From an uncultured Porphyromonadaceae bacterium (lineage in GTDB: Bacteria; Bacteroidota; Bacteroidia; Bacteroidales; Muribaculaceae): a DNA stretch of 64,000 nt. Positions 9,714 to 18,799 of the stretch are shown in pieces. Positions within the stretch are counted from its first letter, which is position 1. Each line of letters opens with the position of its first letter. The DNA is taken from positions 26,156 to 90,155 of the forward strand of contig CANEHE010000005.1 in the NCBI GenBank assembly GCA_947427285.1. Reading direction: 5' to 3'. The position numbers and the translations under genes are program-made. The notes under the pieces are model-generated. The model was not told the origin of the DNA, did no database searches, and saw only the letters and a program-made list of their open reading frames with translations.

Positions 9714-10790
9714 TCACCACAAAACACAAGAGCGTCTGATGAATCCGAAGATAGTGTCATAAGCTCCCTCCCGGACTGACGGGCTACTCAAGATAAGATC
9801 ATGCAATCCGTCATCTATAGTGCTTACCTGAGGGTCTCGGCCGAGTTTCTTCCCTCTCTTCTGAATCTCCGCAGGGTCAAGTACCGCGTCTCCCAACTGG
9901 AAGGCCGGAGTCCATGAACAGCCATCCACTTTACGGCTGCTGTGCATCACAAGGACAGGCACGGTTATATGACCGGCTTTCTTCATCAGGAGGTCATGCG
10001 CACGATCGATTGAATGTACCCATCCCAACGTCACCGGAGGTGAATATACCATTTTCCACACCGTGTCGTATGTCCACTCTCCATGATGGTCCTTAAGCAG
10101 ACTATAGGCATATCCGTCACAATGAGCCTGCCTTATCTTGGCCTCGGGAAATATCTTTCCGGCAAATCCGGCCAATGGGATGGCAACACCTCTCATGAAA
10201 CGGGAAAAGTTCCATTCCAGAAACGGAGAATCGGTCACTACTCTGTTGACACCACATCTCGCTCCTTTCTCAGCCACAAACAAGGCTACTGTCAGACCAC
10301 CTGTGCTGTGTCCTGACAGTGTGATATCGCTGTTGCCGTCGCGACGTATCTGACTCAATGCAGAATCTATATCGGCGAAATATTCTTTCTGATCACGGAC
10401 ATTGAAAGGATATTGCCACGGTTCAAGACTGCGGCCATACCGGCGCAGATCCACCGCATAGAAATTAAAACCTGAGTCCACGAACCTCTCCCCCATCTCG
10501 CTCTGAAAGAAATAGTCGTTGAAGCCGTGTATGTATAGATAGGCTCTTCGTGATCCCCCGGCACACAGTTTCCGTATGATTGTAGAGCGACAAGGGCCGT
10601 CAAAGCTCTCCCCTTGATCCACATAACGTGATTCATAGCCGGGAAGGATATCTGTATGCCATGCTGTATCTGTTGTCCGTGTCTTAGGTCCTGAATAATG
10701 CACTTCGTAGTCCCAACCGGCACCGGCATACGCGGAAGCGAGCACGGCAACGGTCAGGAATACAGGTATGCGACGCACAAAATTCATCAT
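9714..10790 (-). CDS. Alpha/beta hydrolase (lysophospholipase-like)
   Basis: YIHGFNDYFF, DLRRYGRS, GHSTGG nucleophile elbow, GLHDL. Confidence 0.88.
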   Translation of the reverse strand: MMNFVRRIPVFLTVAVLASAYAGAGWDYEVHYSGPKTRTTDTAWHTDILPGYESRYVDQGESFDGPCRSTIIRKLCAGGSRRAYLYIHGFNDYFFQSEMGERFVDSGFNFYAVDLRRYGRSLEPWQYPFNVRDQKEYFADIDSALSQIRRDGNSDITLSGHSTGGLTVALFVAEKGARCGVNRVVTDSPFLEWNFSRFMRGVAIPLAGFAGKIFPEAKIRQAHCDGYAYSLLKDHHGEWTYDTVWKMVYSPPVTLGWVHSIDRAHDLLMKKAGHITVPVLVMHSSRKVDGCSWTPAFQLGDAVLDPAEIQKRGKKLGRDPQVSTIDDGLHDLILSSPSVREGAYDTIFGFIRRSCVLW

Positions 10791-12307
10791 GACGGCTGAT
10801 GTGCACCCCGGAGAAGATCATTTACAGTCTTGACCGGATTAAAAGTCTCAGCTGGTACTTCCACAAAAATAGTATTCCAATCACTCATCGCCCCATTCCA
10901 TAGACCAGGAAGTTCCAGAGCTTTTATCTCATTTCCCCCACGGCTTTTCTGTGATATGAAGCCTGTGGAAGGATCCACATATTCAGAAAGATTGAACTTC
11001 TCCCCTTTCCAGTTGCGGATAGAAACCACCAGATCCACCGGATTGAAATGTGAGGCCTCTTTGAGGAGTTTTTTCTCATGTCTGGGGTCAAGCTGCGTGG
11101 ATTCAAGAATCTGAGGCTGGACAGTGCCATCCGGCGAGTAAACCATAAACGGTCCGCCACCGGGTTCACCTTCGTTTATCACCATTCCGCACACACGCAG
11201 TGGCCGATTGAATTTGCGCAACAGATATGCCGCCTTGTCTATCGGAAGCATCTTTGAAGCAAAGTCATTCTCCACACACAACACCTCACGGAGAAACGCC
11301 AGCATATCATTCATCTCTTCTTCAGAAGGAAGACCTTCGTCAAGACGTCGGCAGTATTCGTTTATTTTCTGTTTTGTGGCCACTAAAATTCCTCCAAGCA
11401 TCTTCTTGGCCCTGACCGTGGGTTCACGCAATGCATCGGGCACCACATTGTCCACATTCTTGATAAAGATCACATCCGCATCAAGATCATTCAGATTCTC
11501 TATAAGAGCTCCGTGTCCGCCAGGCCGGAAAAACAGTTCCCCTTCCTCCCGATATGGGGTTCCGTCAGAATTGGCGGCGACAGTGTCGGTGGACGGTTTC
11601 TGAACAGAGAAGGATATATCAAACTTCTTCCCTGTCTCGTTTTCCATTATTCCTTGTATCTCTTCTATTCTGGCCTCGGCAAGCGGTTGATGTTCATCGC
11701 TTACAGTGAAATGAACCTTCACATCCCCTTTCTTCCCGGCAGCATACTCAGCTCCTTCGGCCAGATGTTCCTCAATCGCGGTTCGGGCTCCTCCGAGAGT
11801 CTTGTGAAACAGCAAAAGTGCTTTCGGGAGCTGACCATAGTTCAAGCCGTCCTGCATGATCAATGCCCGCACCACATCCTTATATCGGCCTTCACCTATA
11901 AGTGTATATACACTTTTTCCATATTTCTCCATGCATACGAAATTGAGAGGAGAAAAGAACGCGAATCTGCCTATTGAGCTGAAAAACTCTTTCATAAAAT
12001 CATCGGACGGACGTTCCTTCTTACCTTCCAGAAATGCGAACAGATTCTTGAACATTCTGGAAGCAGCCCCGCTTGCAGGCACCATTTTCTGGACCGTACC
12101 TCCGGCATTAAGATACTCGTCCCAAATCCGGATGCTCCTCTCCTCCATTTCCGGAGAAGGGCGCGTGATACCATGACCGACAACCGCCGGGCCTTCTATT
12201 TTAAGGTAAGGGAATCCATCCCTGAGCATCTCCAGCTGCCGGGCAAGTTTTTCCTTACTGATTCCTTTTCGTGATATGGTCTGAAGATCTTTTTCTGTAA
12301 ATTTCAT
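10787..12307 (-). CDS. DUF4301 family protein (nucleotidyltransferase-like)
   Basis: VPASGAASRMFK, FRPGGHGALIENL, GEPGGGPF, HFNPVD, ALELPGLWNGAM motifs. Confidence 0.9.
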   Translation of the reverse strand: MKFTEKDLQTISRKGISKEKLARQLEMLRDGFPYLKIEGPAVVGHGITRPSPEMEERSIRIWDEYLNAGGTVQKMVPASGAASRMFKNLFAFLEGKKERPSDDFMKEFFSSIGRFAFFSPLNFVCMEKYGKSVYTLIGEGRYKDVVRALIMQDGLNYGQLPKALLLFHKTLGGARTAIEEHLAEGAEYAAGKKGDVKVHFTVSDEHQPLAEARIEEIQGIMENETGKKFDISFSVQKPSTDTVAANSDGTPYREEGELFFRPGGHGALIENLNDLDADVIFIKNVDNVVPDALREPTVRAKKMLGGILVATKQKINEYCRRLDEGLPSEEEMNDMLAFLREVLCVENDFASKMLPIDKAAYLLRKFNRPLRVCGMVINEGEPGGGPFMVYSPDGTVQPQILESTQLDPRHEKKLLKEASHFNPVDLVVSIRNWKGEKFNLSEYVDPSTGFISQKSRGGNEIKALELPGLWNGAMSDWNTIFVEVPAETFNPVKTVNDLLRGAHQPS

Positions 12308-12400
12308 TTGTCAGAAGAATAAATAAGTAATCAAAATGTCATTTTCACACATTCCTAACAAATGTAGGGAATATTTTGATTTAAGGCTCCTCCGAAAAAA

Positions 12401-13126
12401 TCACTTATCCATTCTCTGACGCAATAAATCAATTTTTCTGCTGATCAAAGGCAATGTCATTTCAAGACGATGCACCTCCCTTCTGGCCTCGGCCAACTGC
12501 CACGTACGTGAAACCACAGCAACATCCGCGGCAGATACCGGAACCACAATCACTTTTCCTGACTGTCCGGAATATGTGACAGTAAACCGATCGGGGCCAC
12601 CTGAAGCCAACAGCATCCCTATCGAGTCGGCCTCGGCACCTGTAAACAGTACTGTGGTAAGGTTGCCTGACCTATAATTAAGGGCTTGATCATGGGGGAC
12701 AACGGCAGAACGGACCGAACGACTCCCGTCAGAAACCGATATGTTTGAGAATGTATTTCCCGACAGCACCGCAACAAGTTCAAACCCCTCCGACTTGGAG
12801 ATACGCGCAGTCAGGCCAGTACGCGACAGCGGATAGGATTTTTTGGCCGATTTAAGTATCATGTACCCCTCCACTTCACGAGGGTTCTCGGAATAAGCAA
12901 AATCCTTAAGAAGAGAATCTACGGTATTATAGGCATTTGTCAGTGAATCTTCGGCAAGAGTCCTTCTTTTTTCCAAAACTGCCACCGAATCGGCAAGACT
13001 TGCTTTCCAATTTTCATATTTATCTGCGTTACGGCTTCGTTCCTGCCTCTGCACACACGAGGTCATCGCCATCGTCATTATCGCGACGATACCCAGCATT
13101 CTGTATGTCTTCATATCTTTTGTCAA
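12401..13126 (-). CDS. Hypothetical lipoprotein
   Basis: Lipobox MTSC, coiled-coil N- and C-termini; overlaps relA stop by 4 nt. Confidence 0.7.
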   Translation of the reverse strand: MTKDMKTYRMLGIVAIMTMAMTSCVQRQERSRNADKYENWKASLADSVAVLEKRRTLAEDSLTNAYNTVDSLLKDFAYSENPREVEGYMILKSAKKSYPLSRTGLTARISKSEGFELVAVLSGNTFSNISVSDGSRSVRSAVVPHDQALNYRSGNLTTVLFTGAEADSIGMLLASGGPDRFTVTYSGQSGKVIVVPVSAADVAVVSRTWQLAEARREVHRLEMTLPLISRKIDLLRQRMDK

Positions 13127-15315
13127 TTTCGTGTTACATCCTTCACGCCTTTTACTGTCCGTAGTTTCCGTAGAAGAGATGACAGACGTCCGGTATCTGT
13201 AAGATTTATCGTCAGAAATCCCTGGAATACACCATCATCTGAATCAATGGATATGTTGCGCAGACTCATATCCGGCTCCTTGGCTATGATTGAGGTAATG
13301 TTGGTGACAATGCCTATATCATCGTGTCCCACTACTTTCAGCGTCACAGGCATCTGCACACCGGAAGATCCACTCCATTCCACAGCCACGATACGATAGG
13401 GATAACGCTGACGGATATTCGGTGCATTCGGACAATTTTTCTGATGCACCCTTATCACGCCTTCGGAACTTATGAAACCGAACACGTCATCGCCAAACAA
13501 TGGGGAGCAGCATTTTGCCATCTGGTATCTCAACCCCTTGATTGTCTTGCCTCCCACAGCCAGAATCTCAGCAGGGGATTCCTCTTCTAACTCCCGTAAG
13601 TGAAACTCACCGGCAGAGACCGTCGGTACCTCTTCGTCCGGAGCGGATTCCGCCTCAAAATCAGCGAAAACTTTTCCGGCATCAAGTTTCTCATCAGCAA
13701 GGTCCGCGAAAAAGTCATTGGTAGACTTGTAGCCGAGTTTTTTGATGAACCGCATCAACGTCGGTTCGTCAAGATCGATCTTCCGGTTTTTCGCACGCCG
13801 CTCCATCAGCTCCCTTCCAAGTTCGGCGCGCCGGAGTTTCTGTTCGTTAAGCGACTGGCGAATCTTATTACGGGCCTTGGTGGTAGTCGCGATTGCAAGC
13901 CAGTCCTGTGTCGGCGTCTGGTTCGCGGAAGTTATGATCTCAACAGTATCACCGTTGGCAATCCGATGGTTGATACGGCGGTGCGCTCCGTAAATTATGG
14001 CACCGGTACATCTGCAACCCACATTGCTGTGGACAGCAAACGCAAAATCAAGCACAGTGGCCCCGGTCGACAGTCTGAGAAGGTCCCCCTTCGGAGTAAA
14101 CGCAAAGACCTCCTTGAGGGCACTCCCCGGCTTCACATCTCTCATCAATTGCATGGGACCGGAATCAGCACTTTCAAGGATGTCGCGTATATTGTTCATC
14201 CACTGGTCCGTACTGTCTCCTTTCACTCCCTTGTAACGCCAATGCGCAGCCAAACCTTTTTCGGCCACAAGGTCCATTCGCCGTGTGCGGAACTGCACCT
14301 CCACCCATTTGGAATCAGGGCCCATCACTGTGGCATGAAGACTTTCATATCCGTTGCTCTTCGGAATGGTGATCCAGTCCTTCATACGTGCCGGATTGGC
14401 TGTGTACATATCAGCAAGAATGGAATAGGCGAGCCAGCAATCCCGTTTCTCCCGTTCAAGAGGTGTATCAATAATCACCCGTATGGCAAAAAGATCGTAT
14501 ATATGCTGGAGATCAACCTTCTGCTTTTTTATCTTGGCCCAGATGGAAGATATGGACTTTGTACGTCCTTTGATGGAAAATTTGAGTCCCGCCGCAGTCA
14601 GTTTCTCTTTTACAGGAGCGATAAATGCCGCGATATATGCTTCGCGCGCCCGTTTGGTCTCATTGAGTTTTCTGGCAATCTGCGTATATATCTCACGGTT
14701 TGTGTATTTGAGGGCAAGATCCTCCAGTTCACTCTTGAGCTGATAAAGTCCAAGACGATGGGCAAGCTGCGCATACAGGCAGTCGGCCTCAAAAGCCACA
14801 TTGCGTACCCACACGTCATCAGGATGCCGGTTGATAGCCCTCATCAACACCAGATGGTACACGATCATGACTATGATAACCCGTATGTCGTCTGCCAGAG
14901 AAAGGAGAAGCCCCCGGAAATTCTCTTGATTGGTTATTTCTGTCTTCGATCCGAAGCGCATCACTTCTCTCATACCGTGTACAATGGAAACGATATCCTC
15001 TCCCCACATCTTCTTCATCCGATCAATAGACTCTGGCATCAGATGGCATATAGGAAAAATAAGTATGGCCGCGAGTATATTATGGTCCGGCTCCACACTT
15101 TCCGCAAACAGACGTGCCGTGCGGACACTCATCAATATAAACGGAAGTCCATGTGGGTCACGAATAGGAATACCTTCGGACATACCATGCCGGAAGTCCT
15201 CTAACCATGAGATCTCTTCCGCCGAAAACCGGCTGCCGGCAATCTCCTTTATCTCTCCGATAAGTCGTGAGATCTCCCTGAGTTCCGCAAAAATAAGAGG
15301 CTGTTTAATAATCAT
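13123..15315 (-). CDS. relA: RelA/SpoT family (p)ppGpp synthetase with degenerate hydrolase domain; start codon supplied by MITE end
   Basis: GRTKSISSI, DLFAIRV, NGYESLH, EVQFRT motifs, TGS and ACT domains; HD motif absent (AAILIF); first codons MIIKQP lie in the element TIR. Confidence 0.92.
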   Translation of the reverse strand: MIIKQPLIFAELREISRLIGEIKEIAGSRFSAEEISWLEDFRHGMSEGIPIRDPHGLPFILMSVRTARLFAESVEPDHNILAAILIFPICHLMPESIDRMKKMWGEDIVSIVHGMREVMRFGSKTEITNQENFRGLLLSLADDIRVIIVMIVYHLVLMRAINRHPDDVWVRNVAFEADCLYAQLAHRLGLYQLKSELEDLALKYTNREIYTQIARKLNETKRAREAYIAAFIAPVKEKLTAAGLKFSIKGRTKSISSIWAKIKKQKVDLQHIYDLFAIRVIIDTPLEREKRDCWLAYSILADMYTANPARMKDWITIPKSNGYESLHATVMGPDSKWVEVQFRTRRMDLVAEKGLAAHWRYKGVKGDSTDQWMNNIRDILESADSGPMQLMRDVKPGSALKEVFAFTPKGDLLRLSTGATVLDFAFAVHSNVGCRCTGAIIYGAHRRINHRIANGDTVEIITSANQTPTQDWLAIATTTKARNKIRQSLNEQKLRRAELGRELMERRAKNRKIDLDEPTLMRFIKKLGYKSTNDFFADLADEKLDAGKVFADFEAESAPDEEVPTVSAGEFHLRELEEESPAEILAVGGKTIKGLRYQMAKCCSPLFGDDVFGFISSEGVIRVHQKNCPNAPNIRQRYPYRIVAVEWSGSSGVQMPVTLKVVGHDDIGIVTNITSIIAKEPDMSLRNISIDSDDGVFQGFLTINLTDTGRLSSLLRKLRTVKGVKDVTRN

Positions 15316-15608
15316 TGTTAAACACAAGGTGGTGTATTTTCTGTTAAGTCACAATTTATGAGGAGGGAGCATAGCGGCCTGCGGGTGACCGACGAGTAAA
15401 TGCGAATTAACTGGAAAGACACCATTAATGAACTGATTTTAATTCTTTGTTAAAGAGGTTTTATAACAATGCTTACGCCTTTTACGAAATATTTGAGCGG
15501 CTTTATCCCTTTGGCTCAGCCACATAGCCCGCTATGCTCCTTCGTCGCAGGTACAAATCCATCTCAAATCTTTCGGCCTTGTGTTAACAAGCATTATTAA
15601 ACAGCCTC
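15297..15608. mobile_element. 312-bp composite MITE inserted in relA codons 5-6
   Basis: ~32-bp imperfect TIRs GAGGCTGTTTAATAAT...ATTATTAAACAGCCTC, TAA duplicated at 15294-96 and 15609-11, core cacatagcccgctatgctcctt (15521-42) identical to 47269-90, inverted partial core at 15366-77. Confidence 0.88.
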
Positions 15609-15624
15609 TAAGTTTGTCTTCCAT
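15532..15624 (-). other. Displaced native relA start forming a 30-aa uORF (MEDKL + MITE sequence)
   Basis: ATG GAA GAC AAA CTT A precedes the element; removing element plus one TAA gives in-frame MEDKLIFAEL. Confidence 0.8.
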
Positions 15625-15643
15625 TGATGTCGCATAAAGGATA

Positions 15644-16243
15644 TCACGGGATTCCGAGAAAACGGTGAAGTTGAACCGAAAGTGTCCAGCGTGGATCGGC
15701 AAGCACGCGTCTGATGGTGCGCATGCGGTTGGCACGGCATACTTCCTCATCAGCCACATAACATGGCTGCAGATACATGAATGTGTCAGTGAGACGACAT
15801 GGGAGGGAGAAATATGGCTCCAGATCCTGACCGAGATCCACAACCTTGATCTCATCGGCTCTTTCCGCACGCAAAGGGAGCGCAGCGACTCCGTCGATTC
15901 CTAACTTGGGACTCACTGTCACCCAGTCGGCAGCCTCCGGCACCGGGAAAGTGCCATTGGTCTCTATCGCCACTTTCTTTCCTGTGGCGCGGCGAAGCAT
16001 CCGGACAAACTCATTGTCAATATGCATGCATGGCTCTCCCCCGGTCAATACGATCCAGCCGGCCGTATAAAGATTGACAGCCCTGATGATGTCATCATCA
16101 CTCATGAATATCCCCTCCTCATGACTGGTGTCGCAAAACGGACATGTAAGGTTGCAACCTGAGAAACGCACGAATACAGACGGAAAACCTGTATGATGCC
16201 CCTCTCCCTGAAGAGAATAGAAAATCTCGTTGACTTTACGCAT
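15644..16243 (-). CDS. queE: 7-carboxy-7-deazaguanine synthase (radical SAM)
   Basis: EIFYSLQGEG, CNLTCPFCDT, TGGEP, VTVSPK motifs. Confidence 0.93.
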   Translation of the reverse strand: MRKVNEIFYSLQGEGHHTGFPSVFVRFSGCNLTCPFCDTSHEEGIFMSDDDIIRAVNLYTAGWIVLTGGEPCMHIDNEFVRMLRRATGKKVAIETNGTFPVPEAADWVTVSPKLGIDGVAALPLRAERADEIKVVDLGQDLEPYFSLPCRLTDTFMYLQPCYVADEEVCRANRMRTIRRVLADPRWTLSVQLHRFLGIP

Positions 16244-16255
16244 TTCGGTAGAATG

Positions 16256-16591
16256 TCAGTCGTCAAGTTCGTAAACAGCTGAATTGCCCTCACTTTCCTG
16301 CACCTCACAGCGAAAGCAGTTAGGTACTGTCTCCACCACCCATCGGGCGATGTTCTCTGCGGTAGGGTTAAACGGCAACACATCATTCAGCAGCACGTGG
16401 TCAAGACGGGCCGCCACCTGATCCTTTATAAGGGAGAAATCAGTAACCATCCCGTCGGCATTCAATTCTTTTGCCTTGCATTCGACGGTAAGGATCCAGT
16501 TATGCCCGTGAACCGCCGAACATTTACTCGGATAAGAAAGGTCAAGCCGATGGGCAGCCGATATTTCAAGTCGTTTCTTTACGTAATACAT
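16256..16591 (-). CDS. queD: 6-carboxy-5,6,7,8-tetrahydropterin synthase
   Basis: AAHRL, C..VHGHNW, LDHVLLND, PTAENIA motifs. Confidence 0.93.
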   Translation of the reverse strand: MYYVKKRLEISAAHRLDLSYPSKCSAVHGHNWILTVECKAKELNADGMVTDFSLIKDQVAARLDHVLLNDVLPFNPTAENIARWVVETVPNCFRCEVQESEGNSAVYELDD

Positions 16592-16602
16592 CCTGTTTTC
16601 CT

Positions 16603-17262
16603 CTACAATACCTCATACTCAGTGGGATCTGACAAGCCAGCCTCCCGGAAAGCCTCCTGACGCTCACGGCATGTGCCGCAACGTCCGCAATGACGCTCAC
16701 CCCCCTTATAACAACTATATGTGTCGGAGTAGTCTACTCCCAGAGCCGCACCACGTCGTGCGATCTCAGTCTTTGTAAGATCTGTATAGGGAGCGACTAT
16801 ATCAATACCATTGTATGTTCCGGCCTTCATGGCAGCCGACATAGACGAGATGAATGCGCTCCGGCAATCCGGATATATGGCATGATCCCCTCCATGGTTG
16901 GCTATCATCACATGTTTTAATCCCTCCGACTCCGCAAGTCCGCAGGCCACGGAAAGCATGATGCCATTACGGAATGGGACCACTGTCGATCTCATATTCT
17001 CATCATCGTAGTTACCCTCGGGAATCTCCTTCGCCCCGGAGAGCAACGAACTCTTGAAATAACGGCCCATGAACTCAAGAGGAATCACTATATGGGTAAT
17101 CCCGAGTCGGGCACACTGCCGGGCCGCACAGTCAATTTCTCTGGCATTATGGTTTGATCCATAATCGAAACTGACAGCCAGAGCGATCTGTCCGCTGTAT
17201 TCGTGAAGCATGGTGACGGAATCCATTCCGCCGGAAAGGACAATTACAGAGTCTTTACTCAT
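16603..17262 (-). CDS. queC: 7-cyano-7-deazaguanine synthase
   Basis: SGGMDS, TVVPFRNGIML, YPDCR, TYSCY, HCGRCGTC motifs; start at MSKDS. Confidence 0.95.
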   Translation of the reverse strand: MSKDSVIVLSGGMDSVTMLHEYSGQIALAVSFDYGSNHNAREIDCAARQCARLGITHIVIPLEFMGRYFKSSLLSGAKEIPEGNYDDENMRSTVVPFRNGIMLSVACGLAESEGLKHVMIANHGGDHAIYPDCRSAFISSMSAAMKAGTYNGIDIVAPYTDLTKTEIARRGAALGVDYSDTYSCYKGGERHCGRCGTCRERQEAFREAGLSDPTEYEVL

Positions 17263-17302
17263 CTTGACAATTTTTTCAGGTGAAACGTTCAGGTATCTGC
17301 AA

Positions 17303-17785
17303 TCAACGGCGTATAAACGCGTCTGTGTTGAAATTTTGCGCCAAACGCATACGGCGCAACTCCTCATGATCGGCATCCGCCCGGTTTGCAAAAGGATATA
17401 TGCTTATTCCTCCCCGTGGCATGAAAATTCCACGCACTTCAAGATAACAGGGATCCATTAATTCCCAGAGATCATTGAGAATGATATTGACGCAGTCTTC
17501 GTGGAAATCGCCATGATTGCGGAATGAGAACAGATACAGTTTCAGACTCTTGCTCTCGACCATACGGAGGCGCGGTATATAGGAGATGAAAATGTGGCCG
17601 AAATCCGGCTGTCCCGTCTTGGGACACAGAGTGGTAAACTCCGGACAGTCAAACGTCACCACATATTCGCGGCCCACATGCCGGTTGTCAAATATCTCCA
17701 GCAGAGCCGGAGAATAGTCAGAGGGATACTCTACGCCCTGGCAGCCGAGCAACGTCAGGCGTTCAAGTGATTCATCAGATCGCAT
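17303..17785 (-). CDS. queF: NADPH-dependent preQ0 reductase (type I)
   Basis: [34 protein letters not shown] motifs. Confidence 0.95.
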   Translation of the reverse strand: MRSDESLERLTLLGCQGVEYPSDYSPALLEIFDNRHVGREYVVTFDCPEFTTLCPKTGQPDFGHIFISYIPRLRMVESKSLKLYLFSFRNHGDFHEDCVNIILNDLWELMDPCYLEVRGIFMPRGGISIYPFANRADADHEELRRMRLAQNFNTDAFIRR

Positions 17786-17933
17786 AATAACAAAAATCTT
17801 TTAAAGCCGGAGAAGTCCTGAAAAACAGATCCTTAATCCGGAAATACGACAAAACACGCGCCGAGCTGCCACCATCGTCGCGTAACTGCGGAAACATCTG
17901 TCATGGGGGTTCCGCGTTTTCCCTGCAAAATTA
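17786..17933 (-). promoter_or_regulatory. que operon promoter (TAATTTTG 17926-33) and ~135-nt structured leader
   Basis: -7 box plus mutually exclusive stems seen by eye. Confidence 0.5.
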
Positions 17934-18213
17934 ACCAAAATTTCTATTTCCTCAAAATCATCCACCCCGGAGAATAAAACCAAAAACAAAAGAAATTGCA
18001 TTTAGACAGATCCAATCAACGAACAGGCAAAGGGACTTTATCTCATCGGAAGTGAAGCCTTTGGCGATAAGCTTGAAAGCATAGCAGAGTTGCTTGTCAG
18101 AAATCTCGTGTCAGCCCTGCGGCACGGCGAGGTCGATATGTAAAACAGACGATACCATACCGCGAAAGTATGATATCGTCCGCTATGACGAAAAGACGAA
18201 GACGATGTTTCAG

Positions 18214-18576
18214 TTATCTGTAATAATTACAGACCCCATCATAAATTTTATTTACAATATGACCTACAACCGCGCGAGAAACCCAACGAGGAATAGCGGT
18301 GTAACCTTGAATAACAGCGGTTATTCCTTCGGTTAGACCTGCTTTTGCAACAGTTTTAACGACACTATCTCCGCAGAGAATGTCATACATGCTGTCTGAT
18401 TTAACCACTTTGATTTGGACACTCTGTTGGGTGTTGTCATTCTCTATGACCGTCACGTTCCCATAAGTAGCAAGGTATACACCCTCAGCTACTTTAGTTC
18501 TTTGTTGGGCAGATGCGGTTTCTGTGCAACATACGATTGCAATAATTGCAATCATAAGACTAATGAGTTTTTTCAT
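18214..18576 (-). CDS. Small secreted hypothetical protein
   Basis: Sec signal MKKLISLMIAIIAIVCCTETASA; mature part ~97 aa with two Cys and an amphipathic C-terminal helix. Confidence 0.7.
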   Translation of the reverse strand: MKKLISLMIAIIAIVCCTETASAQQRTKVAEGVYLATYGNVTVIENDNTQQSVQIKVVKSDSMYDILCGDSVVKTVAKAGLTEGITAVIQGYTAIPRWVSRAVVGHIVNKIYDGVCNYYR

Positions 18577-18629
18577 ACACATTGTGTGTTTTGGGTGGTC
18601 TTACAGTCCTGTCGACCGATTTCATGAAT

Positions 18630-18799
18630 AAGAAACGTGGACTGGATTGCCACACCTCCGAATGATGGTCCTGAGAAAACCTTAAGTGCGAGATATGAAA
18701 ACAGCAGCCCACGCTATAGCGTGAGAATCGTCTTGTTACCTCTTGCACTTATCGAAAATTTCTCAGGTTTTCATTCGCAAGATAAGCAAAACGCTTCTT
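18630..18799 (-). ncRNA. Rod-like ~170-nt structured leader/ncRNA candidate
   Basis: Four nested inverted-repeat pairs around perfect palindrome CACGCTATAGCGTG (18710-23); TAAATTTG promoter box at 18836-43. Confidence 0.5.

Noticed and set aside
13600-15204. 534-aa plus-strand ORF
   Set aside because: Antisense shadow of relA with no recognisable motifs; explained by codon bias on the opposite strand.
17263-17391. N-terminal extension of queC in the ORF track
   Set aside because: Overlaps queF; family alignment begins at MSKDSVIV.
17990-18210. Possible gene remnant (minus-frame FKLIAKGFTSDEIKSLCLFVDWI; plus-frame TDPINEQAKGLYLIGSEAF...)
   Set aside because: Both strands give short protein-like stretches with no start and flanking stops; cannot choose or name without tblastn.
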